This document shows, piece after piece, positions 48,501 through 57,232 of a stretch of 64,000 bases of DNA; within the stretch, counting starts at the first letter, position 1, and each line of letters begins with the position of its first letter. The translations under genes and the position numbers were made by a program. The stretch is from an uncultured Gammaproteobacteria bacterium. GTDB lineage: Bacteria > Pseudomonadota > Gammaproteobacteria > Competibacterales > JAHEDQ01. The notes under the pieces were generated by a model. The model did no database searches. It was not told the origin of the DNA and was given only the letters and a program-made list of their open reading frames with translations. The stretch is taken from positions 13,050 to 77,049 of the forward strand of contig CAWAOU010000010.1 in the NCBI GenBank assembly GCA_963783675.1, in the 5' to 3' direction.

Positions 48501-48708
48501 CACTACCGTGCTGGGCGTCGTCCCGTTACTGGGTGACGTATTCTGGGTTGGATTGTCCGTCACTCTGATGGCCGGGCTCAGTTTCGGCACCGTTTTGACC
48601 ATGGTGCTGGTGCCGGTTCTGTATACGATTGTTTACCGTGTTTCTTGGCAAGTCGCGGACCGGGATGATTCCAAGAGTACCGAGGCAGTGGTCCTGGGGA
48701 AGGTCTGA
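45571..48708 (+). CDS. RND efflux transporter permease (AcrB/AcrD/AcrF family)
   Basis: EDPEF, YPGASP, GMMVDNAIVV, MMIKNAVVL, RLRPV; 1045 aa. Confidence 0.95.
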   Translation: MSLTATAVNNRAVTYFGAVLLIVGGVFSFFQLGQLEDPEFTVKTAVITTQYPGASPQEVELEVTDRIELALQELKQLDYVSSYSRAGQSMVSVEIKAEYWLDQLPQVWDELRRKIRDVQAELPPGVGVPVISDDFGDVFGFQLAVIGDGFSYAEVERFAKDLKKEISIVEGVARVDLWGAQDEIIYLDVAQSQLAELGLSDASLENTLRQQNRVLDAGKLDIQAKRLRILPSGEFTSPADIADLVIRPSVLDEKQREAVGGGGELTRIRDIGSIRRGYREPPLTLMRYNGRPALGISVTNVSGANVVQVGQAIDRRLEELTANLPIGLEVRRVHWMSDVVAEAVDAFLISFAQALGIVLVVLTLAMGWRMGVIIGGALIVTILGTFILMAVFGIDLQRMSLGALIIALGMMVDNAIVVADGMAVRLQQGMERSRAAVEAASQPALPLLGATVVAVMAFYPIFASTEGAGEYCRTLFSVVAIALLVSWVVSVTMTPLQCIDLLPDPAAGSAQDDPYASGFYRRFRAVVGAAIRLRWLTVVTMIALLAIAVVGFGGVTKLFFPDASMGKFMIDVYAPEGTRIQQVALDLEQAESRLLADERVNGVSAFIGAGPPRFYLPVDPESADQAYAQLLVNVSDYRDIDGLVADIEPWLGARLQDSVISIRKFGVGPSNTWKFEARFSGPAEADPGVLRAISAQASAVLKASPLAGPVRTDWREPTLLMVADYSQERGRWASVTREDIALTTKRAFDGRDIGSYRERDVLLPILLRHVEEERRNVSGIDELQVQPAMSTYSVPLSQVTDGVNLSWEDPIIGRRDRRRTITVEANPIQGVTLPTLLASVREAFEAIELPPGYTLEWGGEYEDTLAAQASLLPGMVPAGAVVIFIIVALFNAYRPPLIILLTIPFALIGVVGGLLAFDVPFGFVALLGAMSLSGMMIKNAVVLLDQVNLNLTGGMAPYPAIVEAAVSRLRPVVLAAATTVLGVVPLLGDVFWVGLSVTLMAGLSFGTVLTMVLVPVLYTIVYRVSWQVADRDDSKSTEAVVLGKV

Positions 48709-48774
48709 GTTATTCGCGCGGATCGCGGTTTGGTCCAAAAGGGCGCAGGTGGACGGCACGGGCTGGCTGGCCTC

Positions 48775-49221
48775 TCATTGACCCACACTCCGAAACGCGC
48801 CCTCGCTCCACGCCATGGCGTTGTAGCAGCGCCGCAAGTTTGTGCCGCCGCATTCGCTGCCGTGTACGGCGAGCAGCAGAACGGGTTGTCCATCCCAGTC
48901 GACGATGCGCCAACCCTTGGCCAGGAATTCGGTGGTTGATCCGCCGACGATGGCACTGAGCGAACAACCCCCAGTTCCGCAGAACAGTGACGCCGCGCTG
49001 GAACAGGAAAACGCGCGGCTGTCGACCAGTTCGTCCGGCTCTCCGTCGCCGGTGAGATCGACCCGGGTGATAGCCTTGTCGGTGATTTCGAGCACGCCGT
49101 TCTCGAACGACTGACATTCCTGCCGGGCCTTCTGGATGATCGCGTCGCCGGCGTCGGATGCACCGGCGCTGGCTGTTACCAGGACGCAGGCAATAAACAG
49201 GCTTACTGGCAGCTTGGTCAT
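48775..49221 (-). CDS. Secreted cysteine-rich hypothetical protein
   Basis: Signal peptide, DLTGDG.PD loop, FCGTGGC motif, six Cys in the mature part. Confidence 0.65.
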   Translation of the reverse strand: MTKLPVSLFIACVLVTASAGASDAGDAIIQKARQECQSFENGVLEITDKAITRVDLTGDGEPDELVDSRAFSCSSAASLFCGTGGCSLSAIVGGSTTEFLAKGWRIVDWDGQPVLLLAVHGSECGGTNLRRCYNAMAWSEGAFRSVGQ

Positions 49222-49360
49222 GGATGATCCTTGAAACGCCCCGGGCGCTCCCCGCGAGTCGAAATCGGAGCCGGAATCGGCGGCACATTTGACTCAGATT
49301 CGGGGCAGAATAGGGCGTTTGTCAATGATGCGGGTGGTTCGGGGAGTTCGTCCAGACGCC

Positions 49361-50065
49361 ATGGGATATCACAGTGCATTCGGATGCGAGAGCCACGCCG
49401 GCCGGGTTCGCGACAACAACCAGGACGCAGCAAAGTCGGCGGCTGACCTGGGGCTTTGGATCGTGGCCGACGGCATGGGGGGTGAGGCGGCGGGTGAAGT
49501 GGCAAGTCGCCTGGCGGTAGATGAGATCGAAACCGCGATTCGGTCCGGGGACCCGCTGCCGGATGCGGTGACACGCGCCCACCGAAGCATCCGCGCGGCG
49601 CCGGCCAGGGGCTTTGGCTCCGCGGGCATGGGGTCGACGGTGGTGGTGCTCAAACTGCACTCACACCGCTATGAGATTGCCTGGGTCGGGGATAGCCGGG
49701 TCTACCTGCTTCGGCGTGGTGTTCTGACCCAACTGACGCGGGACCACTCCCTGGTTCAGGATCTGCTCGAAAGCGGCGCCATCTCGGTGATAGAGGCACA
49801 AGCTCACCCACACAGGAACATCATCACCCGAGTTCTGGGCGGGGATGCTGAACCGGTGGTCGACCAGTGTTCCGGCCGTGTTGATGCCGGCGACCTTTTC
49901 CTGCTCTGCAGCGACGGTCTCAACAACGAGATCGACGATGCCCGCATCCGTGACCTCCTGACCGCAGCCAAGGGACCAGAAGCCGCAGCGGCGGATCTGG
50001 TGGTGGCAGCGGTGGAGGCGGGGGGGCGAGACAATATCAGTGCGATGGTGGTCGCGGTCGATTGA
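49361..50065 (+). CDS. PP2C/PPM-family Ser/Thr protein phosphatase
   Basis: GRVR..NQD, VADGMGG, MGST, VGDSRVY, TRDHS, LCSDGL, GGRDNIS. Confidence 0.93.
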   Translation: MGYHSAFGCESHAGRVRDNNQDAAKSAADLGLWIVADGMGGEAAGEVASRLAVDEIETAIRSGDPLPDAVTRAHRSIRAAPARGFGSAGMGSTVVVLKLHSHRYEIAWVGDSRVYLLRRGVLTQLTRDHSLVQDLLESGAISVIEAQAHPHRNIITRVLGGDAEPVVDQCSGRVDAGDLFLLCSDGLNNEIDDARIRDLLTAAKGPEAAAADLVVAAVEAGGRDNISAMVVAVD

Positions 50066-50235
50066 GGCGTGTCTGATCTATTCGTGAACGTGCATCCTGG
50101 GACTGAAATGCACAGTTCTATGGTTGCAGGTCCTGGCGATAGTACGATTACTCCCTGCGACCGGCGCCTTGAGTTCCCACATTTCACTCTCCAATCTGCT
50201 TCGCCCAAAACAAATCAGAGGCTCCATCGCTCACA

Positions 50236-52374
50236 TCAGACACGGCTGGCCCGGGTAGACAGTGCCCGCCGGTCCAAGTCCACCAGCACTTCGGTGTTGG
50301 AGAGCGGTGTCGCATTGGTCGATGATTCCGTGCCGGTGAAGGCGGCTGAATGCATGTGCCACCAGGCGCTGGCCTGCCCCTGGTCCCATTCCCCCCATGC
50401 CATGCAGTTCATCAGGCCCGCGCGGAACTCCGATGCGCCCGCGGGGCGGTCCGCCGGCTCCTTACTCAAACAGGTCAGGATAAGCGCCTCGAGATCCGCA
50501 GGGATCCCTGCGCCCGGTGCGCGTTGAGAGGGCGGTACAGGCGCGTCGTGAAGGTGTTTCGCGCATATCTCCACCGCGCTCTCACCGTCAAACACGTTGC
50601 TGCCGGTAAGCAACATGTAGCCGACTGCGCCCAGGGCGTAAAGGTCGCCCTGCGGGCTGGCTTGACCGGGGCTACTGATGATTTCGGGGGCCATATACAG
50701 GGGTGTGCCGATAAGCAGATTCGATTGGGTGAGATTTCCGTCGGTCTCGGCAATTTCCTTGACCAGACCGAAGTCCAGCACCTTGACCACGTCGAACAAT
50801 CCGCCGCGTTCGCAGAGAATCGCGTTGGACGGTTTGATATCACGGTGGATCAGCCTCTTGGCGTGGGCCTCGGCCAGAGAGCCCGCGATCTGCTCCAGTA
50901 TGTGTATAACCCGGGCGGGTGGCAGTGCACCCGCGAACTGTACCAGACGCTCCAGGGTGCCCCCGTTGAGAAATTCCATCGCATAGTAGAGGGTTCCGTC
51001 GGGGGTCCGGCCGTAGTCATAGATGGCGATGGTGTTGGGGTGGTTCAGATTGCTGGTGATCTGGACTTCATGCTCGAAGCGCTTGCGTGCCGAGTCGCTG
51101 CGCGCAAACTCCGGGTTCATCAGTTTGATGGCCGTGGGGCGCCGCAGCAATGCGTGGGTCGCCCGATACACCGCGCCGTTGCCACCCTCGCCGATCTTTT
51201 GTCGCAAACGATACTGTCCCAGTTTGCGTTCCACCCGATCCACCGCTGTTCTGACTTGTCGCCGTATGGATCGCATGGAGGTGACGAACACCAGACCTGC
51301 GATCAAAATCCCCGTCAGGCCGATGCCGGCCAGGGTGAGATTGCGCTGCGTGATCGTCGCGCCCAGAAAGTCGTCTTCGGGAATCAGCACCGCCACCCAG
51401 ACGGTGGTGTCCTCATCCAGCGACTCGGGCGAGAAGCCTGCCCACCAGGGGGCCCGGTCGGGTGTTCGGTATCGGGATATGCCTTGGGGTTGATCTGTTG
51501 CATACCACTGTGCCAAAGCGGCATCCAAGGCGGGTACTTTCAGCTCGGTGACCGGCGAGAGGACCGCCGAGAGCAGGGCGGATTCGTCCTCGAACCTTGG
51601 GTCGGGTGGCAGGCCGAGTGTCTCACCGTCCTGGGTAAAGATCACCGTCATGCCGTTGTCGCTTGGTCGAAGCTGCGTTGTTTGGTGGGAGATATCGATC
51701 AACGTGATGTTGAACGAGACCACATGCTCTGCTTCGCGCTGCAGCGGGCTCCATCGGCTGGATACCGATACGCCGGGTTGTTTGGTGGTGAGGAAGGTAT
51801 ACGGCGTGGTCCAGAACCCATGTCCGCTTTCGCGTGACATGGCGCCCTTGAACCAGGGTCGATCCACAGGCGAGACGTCGGTCTGACGAGTCCATTGTTC
51901 CACCACGACCCCATGAACCCGCCGCTGCCAGAGCGCCACATTGGGTGCCTCGGCCTCGATACCCCGGGTCAGGATCTCCCCGGGTCGCTTGATCAGGACG
52001 TACTCATTGCCGTCGGCATCGGCCAGGTTGATGGAATCCAGAAACGGAAACTGTGACAGAAACGGCGCCAACGCGCTGAACAAGGGATCCCGATGCCCGG
52101 GGCGGATGTCGTGGTGCTGGATTTGCCTTTGTGCCAGGTGAAGTCCGTCCTGGGCGTCATCGAACAGGTTCTGCAGGGTTTGTGCAGTGGCCTGCGTGTT
52201 GCTCTCAATCAGCCGTTTGGACAGGGAGGTGGTCAACCTGTGATCGAAGTAGAACAGTGAAGCTGTCGCCAGTACAGCGGTGACGATGGCGATCATCACC
52301 AGATTGCGCGCAAGGGGTCGGTAAAAACGGGCGAACTGGGAATCAAGCCCGTGGGTTTTTGCAAATGTCTTCAT
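50236..52374 (-). CDS. Membrane Hanks-type Ser/Thr kinase with periplasmic Cache-like sensor domain
   Basis: Two TMs flank an extracytoplasmic domain (RPWF…WTTPY..L). Kinase motifs GEGGNG, AIK, HRDIKPSN, DFG, GTPLYMAPE. Confidence 0.92.
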   Translation of the reverse strand: MKTFAKTHGLDSQFARFYRPLARNLVMIAIVTAVLATASLFYFDHRLTTSLSKRLIESNTQATAQTLQNLFDDAQDGLHLAQRQIQHHDIRPGHRDPLFSALAPFLSQFPFLDSINLADADGNEYVLIKRPGEILTRGIEAEAPNVALWQRRVHGVVVEQWTRQTDVSPVDRPWFKGAMSRESGHGFWTTPYTFLTTKQPGVSVSSRWSPLQREAEHVVSFNITLIDISHQTTQLRPSDNGMTVIFTQDGETLGLPPDPRFEDESALLSAVLSPVTELKVPALDAALAQWYATDQPQGISRYRTPDRAPWWAGFSPESLDEDTTVWVAVLIPEDDFLGATITQRNLTLAGIGLTGILIAGLVFVTSMRSIRRQVRTAVDRVERKLGQYRLRQKIGEGGNGAVYRATHALLRRPTAIKLMNPEFARSDSARKRFEHEVQITSNLNHPNTIAIYDYGRTPDGTLYYAMEFLNGGTLERLVQFAGALPPARVIHILEQIAGSLAEAHAKRLIHRDIKPSNAILCERGGLFDVVKVLDFGLVKEIAETDGNLTQSNLLIGTPLYMAPEIISSPGQASPQGDLYALGAVGYMLLTGSNVFDGESAVEICAKHLHDAPVPPSQRAPGAGIPADLEALILTCLSKEPADRPAGASEFRAGLMNCMAWGEWDQGQASAWWHMHSAAFTGTESSTNATPLSNTEVLVDLDRRALSTRASRV

Positions 52375-52388
52375 GCGTTTATGCGCGA

Positions 52389-54605
52389 TCAGCTGCGGTC
52401 TGTGTCCTTTGCCGGGCCGGAATCAGGGCCATTGTTGCCGGTCTTGTCGCCGGCAAGGGGCGTGCCGGGATTGGTTGCATCCGTTTCGGGTTGTCGTGCG
52501 GCGGCGGCCAGGCGGTCACGGGCTGCCTGCCGCAGCGGAGGCTGCGTCCCGGTTGCCATTCTCACCCTGGCGAGCAGCGGACCCAAGCGCGCCCAGATCT
52601 CCGCCGGAACCCGGTTTTCCAGGTATTCAAGTGCCGTGCCCCGAAGTCTGGCATCCCCACTCTGAAGGGCTTGCTGGCTGAGCTCTACGGTCTCGGGGTC
52701 GTAGACTGCCCCTAACAGCAGAAAGATCAGTTGCAGTGTCGAGCGCTCTGAGTCCTCAACCTTCGATTTGTTGGACGCATCCCTGCGGGCGAGGTATCGG
52801 GATTCCCGGGCGATCACCTCCAGCAGTCGGCGACGCGGGATGCGGAGTCCCGGTTGCAGCCGATGAATCGTCTCCAGCGCCTGCGCGCACCGGTAGCGAA
52901 CGTTCCACTCCTGTGTGGTGAGCGCCGCGACCAGACCTTCCACGGCAAGCGGACTGTCCGAATAGGCCATGGCCAGCGGTAGGCGGCGTCTAACCAGTGG
53001 ATGCTGAGTCGGCGTCAGTAAAGCGTCGACCAACTGGCCCGCGCCGGTGGAGGCGAATCGGCGAATACCCCGCAGCGCTTCTTTCACGAAACGGTCATCG
53101 GCCAGCAATGAGAGCACGTGAGGCAACAGTTCCGGGGTGATGGTCTGGCTGGCCAGAACCCGTTTGACCCGTACCGGACTTCCGCTCCGCAGTTCCATGA
53201 TGGACCGGACCACCGGATCTACGGTATCCGTCACCGGCATGGCCGCGGGCGCTGTCGCTGTGGCGCCGTTCCGGGTGCTGGCGATCTCCCGAAGGACCTG
53301 ATCGCGTTCGAGCGCGGTCGGGGGCAGGGCAAGGGTGTTGCCGGTGCTCGGGTCCACCATCGGTGAATCTTCGAGGACAAAACGCCCACTGCGCAGATTC
53401 CTGGCCAATTGCCGGACATAGTTGCGATGCAGCAAAAGAATCAACAGCAGGCAGATTCCGGCCAGCATGAGCGCAGCCAGCAACAACAGCGTCTCGTTGG
53501 CCACCGGAATCATCAAAATCGACATGATCAACAGGCCGCCGAGGAGATCGCCCGACCGGTCCGCTCCCACGTCGATCAGAATCTTGCCGGTGCGTTTGTC
53601 GGCCGGCGGAATTGGCGTGTACAAAACCTCGAATCCTGCGCGAAAGAACGAGTTGTAAAACAGGTTCGCGCTGGCTCGCATCAGGGTTGCGGTGACCAGT
53701 GAGCGAAAAACAAGCGCGCTGGCACCCGAAATCAGGATGGCCAGTGGCCATGCCGCCATCGTCCCGCCCAGTCCGAACCAGCGCAGCGCCCTGTCACCGA
53801 TCACAGACTGGACCAGGAAGGTGCCCAGGCCCACCGCCATGTAGAAATAGGAAAAAAACGTAATCAGATCCGCGTCGGACAAGCTGGCCGATGCCTCGGC
53901 CTTGAGCACGTAGTCCAGCACCGCGGCCGTGGTTGCCACCAGCAAAGCCAGCAAGGCCATGCGCCTGATCAGCGGGCTGCGTTTCAGCGGTTCGAGAAAG
54001 TTGGGCGGTGGTCCGCCACTGAGAGGGGGGCCAACGTGTCCCCGGGCGAGCACGCTGATGGCAAGGCCACAGACCAGATGCATGAGACTGAGCATGAGTA
54101 AGACCGCATGGGTGTCTGCCGCCGTGGCCACCGCGTTGGCGGCGATGCCCCCGACCAGGCCGCCGAACGTGGTTGCCGCCGTGAGCCGGGTGATGACTCG
54201 CTTGGCCGAATGCGGGTCGAAGCGCTCGTTGATCAACGACCAGAATCCGCTGATCAGAATCGAGTTGAGCGCCGAAATCTGGAGATACAGACACGCCGCG
54301 GCCAGCTTTGGATCCAGATCAGTCAAAAACCATTGCCCTACCAGCAAACCGGCGCTGATCAGGTACATAATGGGCATCAGCCGACCCGGGCCGGAGCGGC
54401 TGAGCAGCCTTGACATCAGGATCGCCGCCCCGATCGAGATGGCCGCACTGGCCATCATGATCTTTGGCAACTGGTCCACTTCGAAGTAGGTCAGAAACAA
54501 GGCGTCACGGGTTGCCTTGCCGGCAATATGCTGCGCGATCATGACCGCGGCGCCAAACATGGCGACCAGTGTGAGCGTTCGCTGTGTGTTGTGTGTGGTT
54601 GGCAA
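52389..54605 (-). CDS. NTT/TLC (Npt1/Npt2-like) nucleotide translocase-like MFS protein with C-terminal HEAT repeats
   Basis: ~12 TMs with KATRDALFL, FW....ERFD...AKR, E.LYTPIP…K..ID...R.GD patterns typical of the family. C-terminal helical repeats (VRRRLP.A, VRYRCAQAL, LRGTALEYL). TTG start uncertain. Confidence 0.7.
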   Translation of the reverse strand: MPTTHNTQRTLTLVAMFGAAVMIAQHIAGKATRDALFLTYFEVDQLPKIMMASAAISIGAAILMSRLLSRSGPGRLMPIMYLISAGLLVGQWFLTDLDPKLAAACLYLQISALNSILISGFWSLINERFDPHSAKRVITRLTAATTFGGLVGGIAANAVATAADTHAVLLMLSLMHLVCGLAISVLARGHVGPPLSGGPPPNFLEPLKRSPLIRRMALLALLVATTAAVLDYVLKAEASASLSDADLITFFSYFYMAVGLGTFLVQSVIGDRALRWFGLGGTMAAWPLAILISGASALVFRSLVTATLMRASANLFYNSFFRAGFEVLYTPIPPADKRTGKILIDVGADRSGDLLGGLLIMSILMIPVANETLLLLAALMLAGICLLLILLLHRNYVRQLARNLRSGRFVLEDSPMVDPSTGNTLALPPTALERDQVLREIASTRNGATATAPAAMPVTDTVDPVVRSIMELRSGSPVRVKRVLASQTITPELLPHVLSLLADDRFVKEALRGIRRFASTGAGQLVDALLTPTQHPLVRRRLPLAMAYSDSPLAVEGLVAALTTQEWNVRYRCAQALETIHRLQPGLRIPRRRLLEVIARESRYLARRDASNKSKVEDSERSTLQLIFLLLGAVYDPETVELSQQALQSGDARLRGTALEYLENRVPAEIWARLGPLLARVRMATGTQPPLRQAARDRLAAAARQPETDATNPGTPLAGDKTGNNGPDSGPAKDTDRS

Positions 54606-54915
54606 GGTTGAGTATGTCGACCCGCTGCAAGAAACCCAGTATGCCCTGTCCGATCAGGTTCGAAAAAATCTATGCGTTGCCTATTATCCGTAAGTGCCCG
54701 TCGCGGTGAGTGCCCGCCATGATCGGACTGATTCGACGGGCGCGACGGGGATGGTCGGTGCCGTGCGATATGGCACATGGGTGCATGGTTTAGATCGTAC
54801 AAGGGAATCGGCAAAGATATATATGAAACCGTCGCTTCCGACACTAAGCTTAGGTAGAATAGTGACACCGGGTGTCTTTCAGACATTGTGCTAAAGCCGT
54901 GGGGATATATTGACC

Positions 54916-55887
54916 GTGACCAGATTGGGTGAGCGTTTTGCGGGGGTGTCGCGCCGTTTGGTCCGACTGATGGTTCCTGTTCTGGTCGCCTCTGCGCCGC
55001 TTTCGCCGGTTCACAGTGCGCCCAGTATGCTCAGGCACAGCGCATCCATGAACACGGAGGAACTGGCGACCCATGCGGATGGCCAGCTTCAGCAAGCCCT
55101 GGAGAAACTTGTGCGTGAGCAGGGTCTCTGGGGTCAGGTCGCGTCTCACAGGCTCGCCCTGGGCTTGGTTGACGTGACCGATGTCGATGCGCCCCGCTAT
55201 GCGGCGCTGAATCCGAACCAGATGATGTATGCGGCGAGTCTGCCCAAGATAGCGATTCTTCTGGGCGCTTTCGTGGAAATTGGGGACGGGGAATTGAAGC
55301 TCGATCCCGGCCTGCGGGAAGAAATGGTTCGCATGATCCGGTTCTCGGACAATGCCTCTGCCACCCGGGTGCTGGAACGGGTGGGCCGCCAGGATCTGAT
55401 CAACATCCTCACTTCGGACAAGCTCAAACTATACGATCGGGATTTCAATGGCGGCCTGTGGGTGGGCAAGGACTATGCCCGCAACAACGCCTATCAGCGG
55501 GACCCCCTGAGCAACCTCTCCCACGGCGCCACCATCTATCAGGTCGCACGGTTCTTCTATCTTCTGGAAAAAGGGCAACTGGTGGCGCCTCGCTACCGCA
55601 CCGACATGATGCGGATCCTGTCCAAGCCCGGCATCTCGCACAAGTTCGTGGCCGGCCTCAAAAATCACCCGGAAGTGCGCATGTATCGTAAGTCCGGTAC
55701 CTGGCGTGACTATCATGCTGACGCCGCCCTTGTGGAGACCGACAGCCACCGCTACATCATCGTTGGCTTGGCCCAGCATAAGGAGGCTGGGAAATGGTTT
55801 TCTCGACTGGCAGAGCCGATGCACAACCTGGTGGTGAACTGGCCGGCGTCAGCCAACGGACGTCAGCGGGTTGCACTGCGTCCTTGA
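54916..55887 (+). CDS. Serine hydrolase of class A beta-lactamase/PBP fold (no ExxLN omega-loop motif seen)
   Basis: SxxK (SLPK), SDN, KSG. N-terminal export signal. Start uncertain (54910-54970). Confidence 0.85.
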   Translation: MTRLGERFAGVSRRLVRLMVPVLVASAPLSPVHSAPSMLRHSASMNTEELATHADGQLQQALEKLVREQGLWGQVASHRLALGLVDVTDVDAPRYAALNPNQMMYAASLPKIAILLGAFVEIGDGELKLDPGLREEMVRMIRFSDNASATRVLERVGRQDLINILTSDKLKLYDRDFNGGLWVGKDYARNNAYQRDPLSNLSHGATIYQVARFFYLLEKGQLVAPRYRTDMMRILSKPGISHKFVAGLKNHPEVRMYRKSGTWRDYHADAALVETDSHRYIIVGLAQHKEAGKWFSRLAEPMHNLVVNWPASANGRQRVALRP

Positions 55888-55930
55888 GCCCCTAATCCAA
55901 TCTGTTTGAGTCTGATCTGCGTATGATTGA

Positions 55931-57232
55931 TCAGTTTCCCGTCGCCGCCTGTTCGACCGAACTGGGCTCAGCCGGATGCATCTGCTCCATGATGGTCTGG
56001 ATATGAGTTGCGAGGGATTGGTGTTCGTAAGCTGAGTTCTTGCGCAACACGTTCGAGATCAGCATCACCATGTATCTCAGTCGTTGACCTTCGGCCGGAC
56101 TTTCGACGATGGCGAACGAGTTCATATAGTTTTTCACGTTCCCCTTGTACTTCTCGCACTTGAAACCGGGTTCCTCCTTACAGCTATACAGGGAGCCCGA
56201 CTTGAAGTAGACCGCTGAATCGGCCAGCTTCGGGGCCGATGCGTAGCGTATGCGGCGCTCGGTCACATAGATCAGCCGTTTGATCTGGCGGCTGGAAAAG
56301 ACGTCCACCAAACGCCCCTGTTCCATACGCAGCCCATACTCCATCAGGGAACGCGCCGTGGCGTAGCTGGGCCCGGGTCCAGGCACCACCTTCTTGCCCT
56401 GGTGGGTAAAGAAACTGGCCTGACGAAATGACTCGAGATCGAATCCGTTGCGCACCAGGGGCTCCATGAACGTCCGTTCGAACAGCGCGGTGAGTTCAGG
56501 CTTGGGCGTTTCCTTGAAGAATCGTTTGATCTCGGCTTCCGGCGGCGGATACTCAGGTCCGTACTGGCGCATCAACATGGCCTCGCGCATGACCATGCCG
56601 GCGGCGGAGTTGGAGCTGGGGGATAGCATCCAATCCAGATACTCCCACAGGCTTGCCTGATCGCCATCGCGGATCGTGCGTCGTGTCAGGGTCTGGGTCT
56701 CAACATTGAACAGACGCACCGTGTGGTGGTCGGTGTGCGCGAACTGATCGGCGGTGACGACGGTCTCCCTCAGCACCCGGACGCGATCCGCCTGGTCCGG
56801 CCAGATGTCCGCCAGGGCCTGAAAGACCGACAGCACCACCACCAGTTTACCGACGCTGCCGACGTTCTGGCGAAAGTCGCCCCGATGTTCTGCGTACTTG
56901 AGATTCGGCAGTTCGGACAGGTCGAGGGCCGCGATGCCGTATCGGTCGGCCTGTCCGCCCAGCCGTTTAACGATCTGCCGGGTAAATTCCGGGTCGGCCG
57001 GGGGCAGTTCCAGATCCGGGTGGTTGAGCAGCCTCAGATCAACCGCATCGGTTGACAACAGGGCGCCCGGCGGCTGTTTCGAGCCCTTGATTATGCCTTC
57101 GTTGGCGAGACGGGAGGCCTCGAGACGTCGAATCCCGGTATCCGCATAGCCATCCAGAGGATAGCTCTGGGTGAGGGCCGGCATGATCAGTGTGAGCCCG
57201 AGTAGAAGTCCGGCAATGCGAGAGCCTTTCAT
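55931..57232 (-). CDS. Secreted divergent PBP/beta-lactamase-fold protein
   Basis: Signal peptide, SVGK (SxxK), SSN (SxN), KSG, Cys pair CKEEPGFKC. ATGA overlap with the upstream dikinase stop. Confidence 0.7.
   Translation of the reverse strand: MKGSRIAGLLLGLTLIMPALTQSYPLDGYADTGIRRLEASRLANEGIIKGSKQPPGALLSTDAVDLRLLNHPDLELPPADPEFTRQIVKRLGGQADRYGIAALDLSELPNLKYAEHRGDFRQNVGSVGKLVVVLSVFQALADIWPDQADRVRVLRETVVTADQFAHTDHHTVRLFNVETQTLTRRTIRDGDQASLWEYLDWMLSPSSNSAAGMVMREAMLMRQYGPEYPPPEAEIKRFFKETPKPELTALFERTFMEPLVRNGFDLESFRQASFFTHQGKKVVPGPGPSYATARSLMEYGLRMEQGRLVDVFSSRQIKRLIYVTERRIRYASAPKLADSAVYFKSGSLYSCKEEPGFKCEKYKGNVKNYMNSFAIVESPAEGQRLRYMVMLISNVLRKNSAYEHQSLATHIQTIMEQMHPAEPSSVEQAATGN

Noticed and set aside
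54916-55887. Call as an antibiotic-resistance class A beta-lactamase
   Set aside because: No ExxLN/Glu166 motif is visible, and the context suggests another function.
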